Part shown: positions 63,532 to 64,000 of the stretch, in pieces
How the letters are laid out: each line of letters begins with the position of its first letter
How positions within the stretch are numbered: the first letter of the stretch is position 1
Source: Porphyridium purpureum
Lineage: Eukaryota
Length of the DNA stretch: 64,000 nucleotides
Direction of reading: 5' to 3'
Assembly (NCBI GenBank): GCA_008690995.1
Contig: VRMN01000004.1
Coordinates: 372,001 to 436,000, forward strand
Notes under the pieces: model-generated
Database searches by the model: none
Told to the model about the DNA's origin: nothing
Seen by the model: only the letters and a program-made list of their open reading frames with translations
Position numbers and translations under genes: made by a program

Positions 63532-64000
63532 ATCCGGTCAGTACGATGCGTGCCTTGCTGATGCAGCTCCTGCAGCAGCGTCCAATTCCCAGCCGGTCAC
63601 GAGCTGCGCACATCGGGTTTTACACATGCCCGCTGTACTCAGAAGTACAGCTCAAGTCATTGAACCGCTTAAAGACTAAGCGTCGTTGCCCACCGCATGT
63701 CTTCTCATCAAACACATGAGTTTGCATAGATAAAAGTACTGTGAATGCCGACAGACCGGCATATAAATTTACCTCCTGGACCTGTCGTTAGCTTGCCACT
63801 TTATCTCAAACTGATCATAGTTTCGCGCGTCTCCGCGACCAGGTATAGACAGTAAACGCGGCAGGCATGAGTCATTGTCTTGGGCGCGATACAATTCGTA
63901 CTCCATACACAGATACAAAGCTTTGTTAGACATGAAAACTCGAGCGTCCCGAAAAGGGCGACGATCAACCACACAGCGCGCAGCAGCGGCCTCTTATGCC

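Overview
Gene-dense, almost intron-free eukaryotic nuclear DNA from a photosynthetic organism. A nuclear PsaO with transit peptide, CtpA and an SLT-type transporter suggest a red alga, Porphyridium-like (inference). It holds about 28 host genes, including PSMB4, Rab7, ALG2, Nop16 (one intron), DUS1, PRA1, VAMP7, RPT1, a PH-kinase, gldA, RPT3, PsaO, ctpA, two SPX genes, HISN7, MCM5, a mitochondrial carrier, pta, SRPRA and RPA43. It also holds two near-identical, intact, young 5,761-bp LTR retrotransposons (11288-17048 and 27790-33550). These elements are the most unusual system here. (1) They have Copia-type IN-RT-RNaseH but Gypsy-looking Gag and protease. (2) A -1 frameshift signal (G_GAA_AAC plus a predicted 8+8 bp pseudoknot) joins gag and pol. 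(3) Their 5-bp TSDs place the integrated ends at 5'-CG...AG-3', two nucleotides outside the canonical TG...CA. Host oddities include a convergent pair of SPX-cupin fusions sharing an upstream motif, a HisN-YicC fusion, an EF-hand-bearing Pta, a RING-pseudoGTPase, a zinc-ligand-less MDR and three small ORFs sharing an LxxIxE module. All calls were made by eye; no database searches were run.
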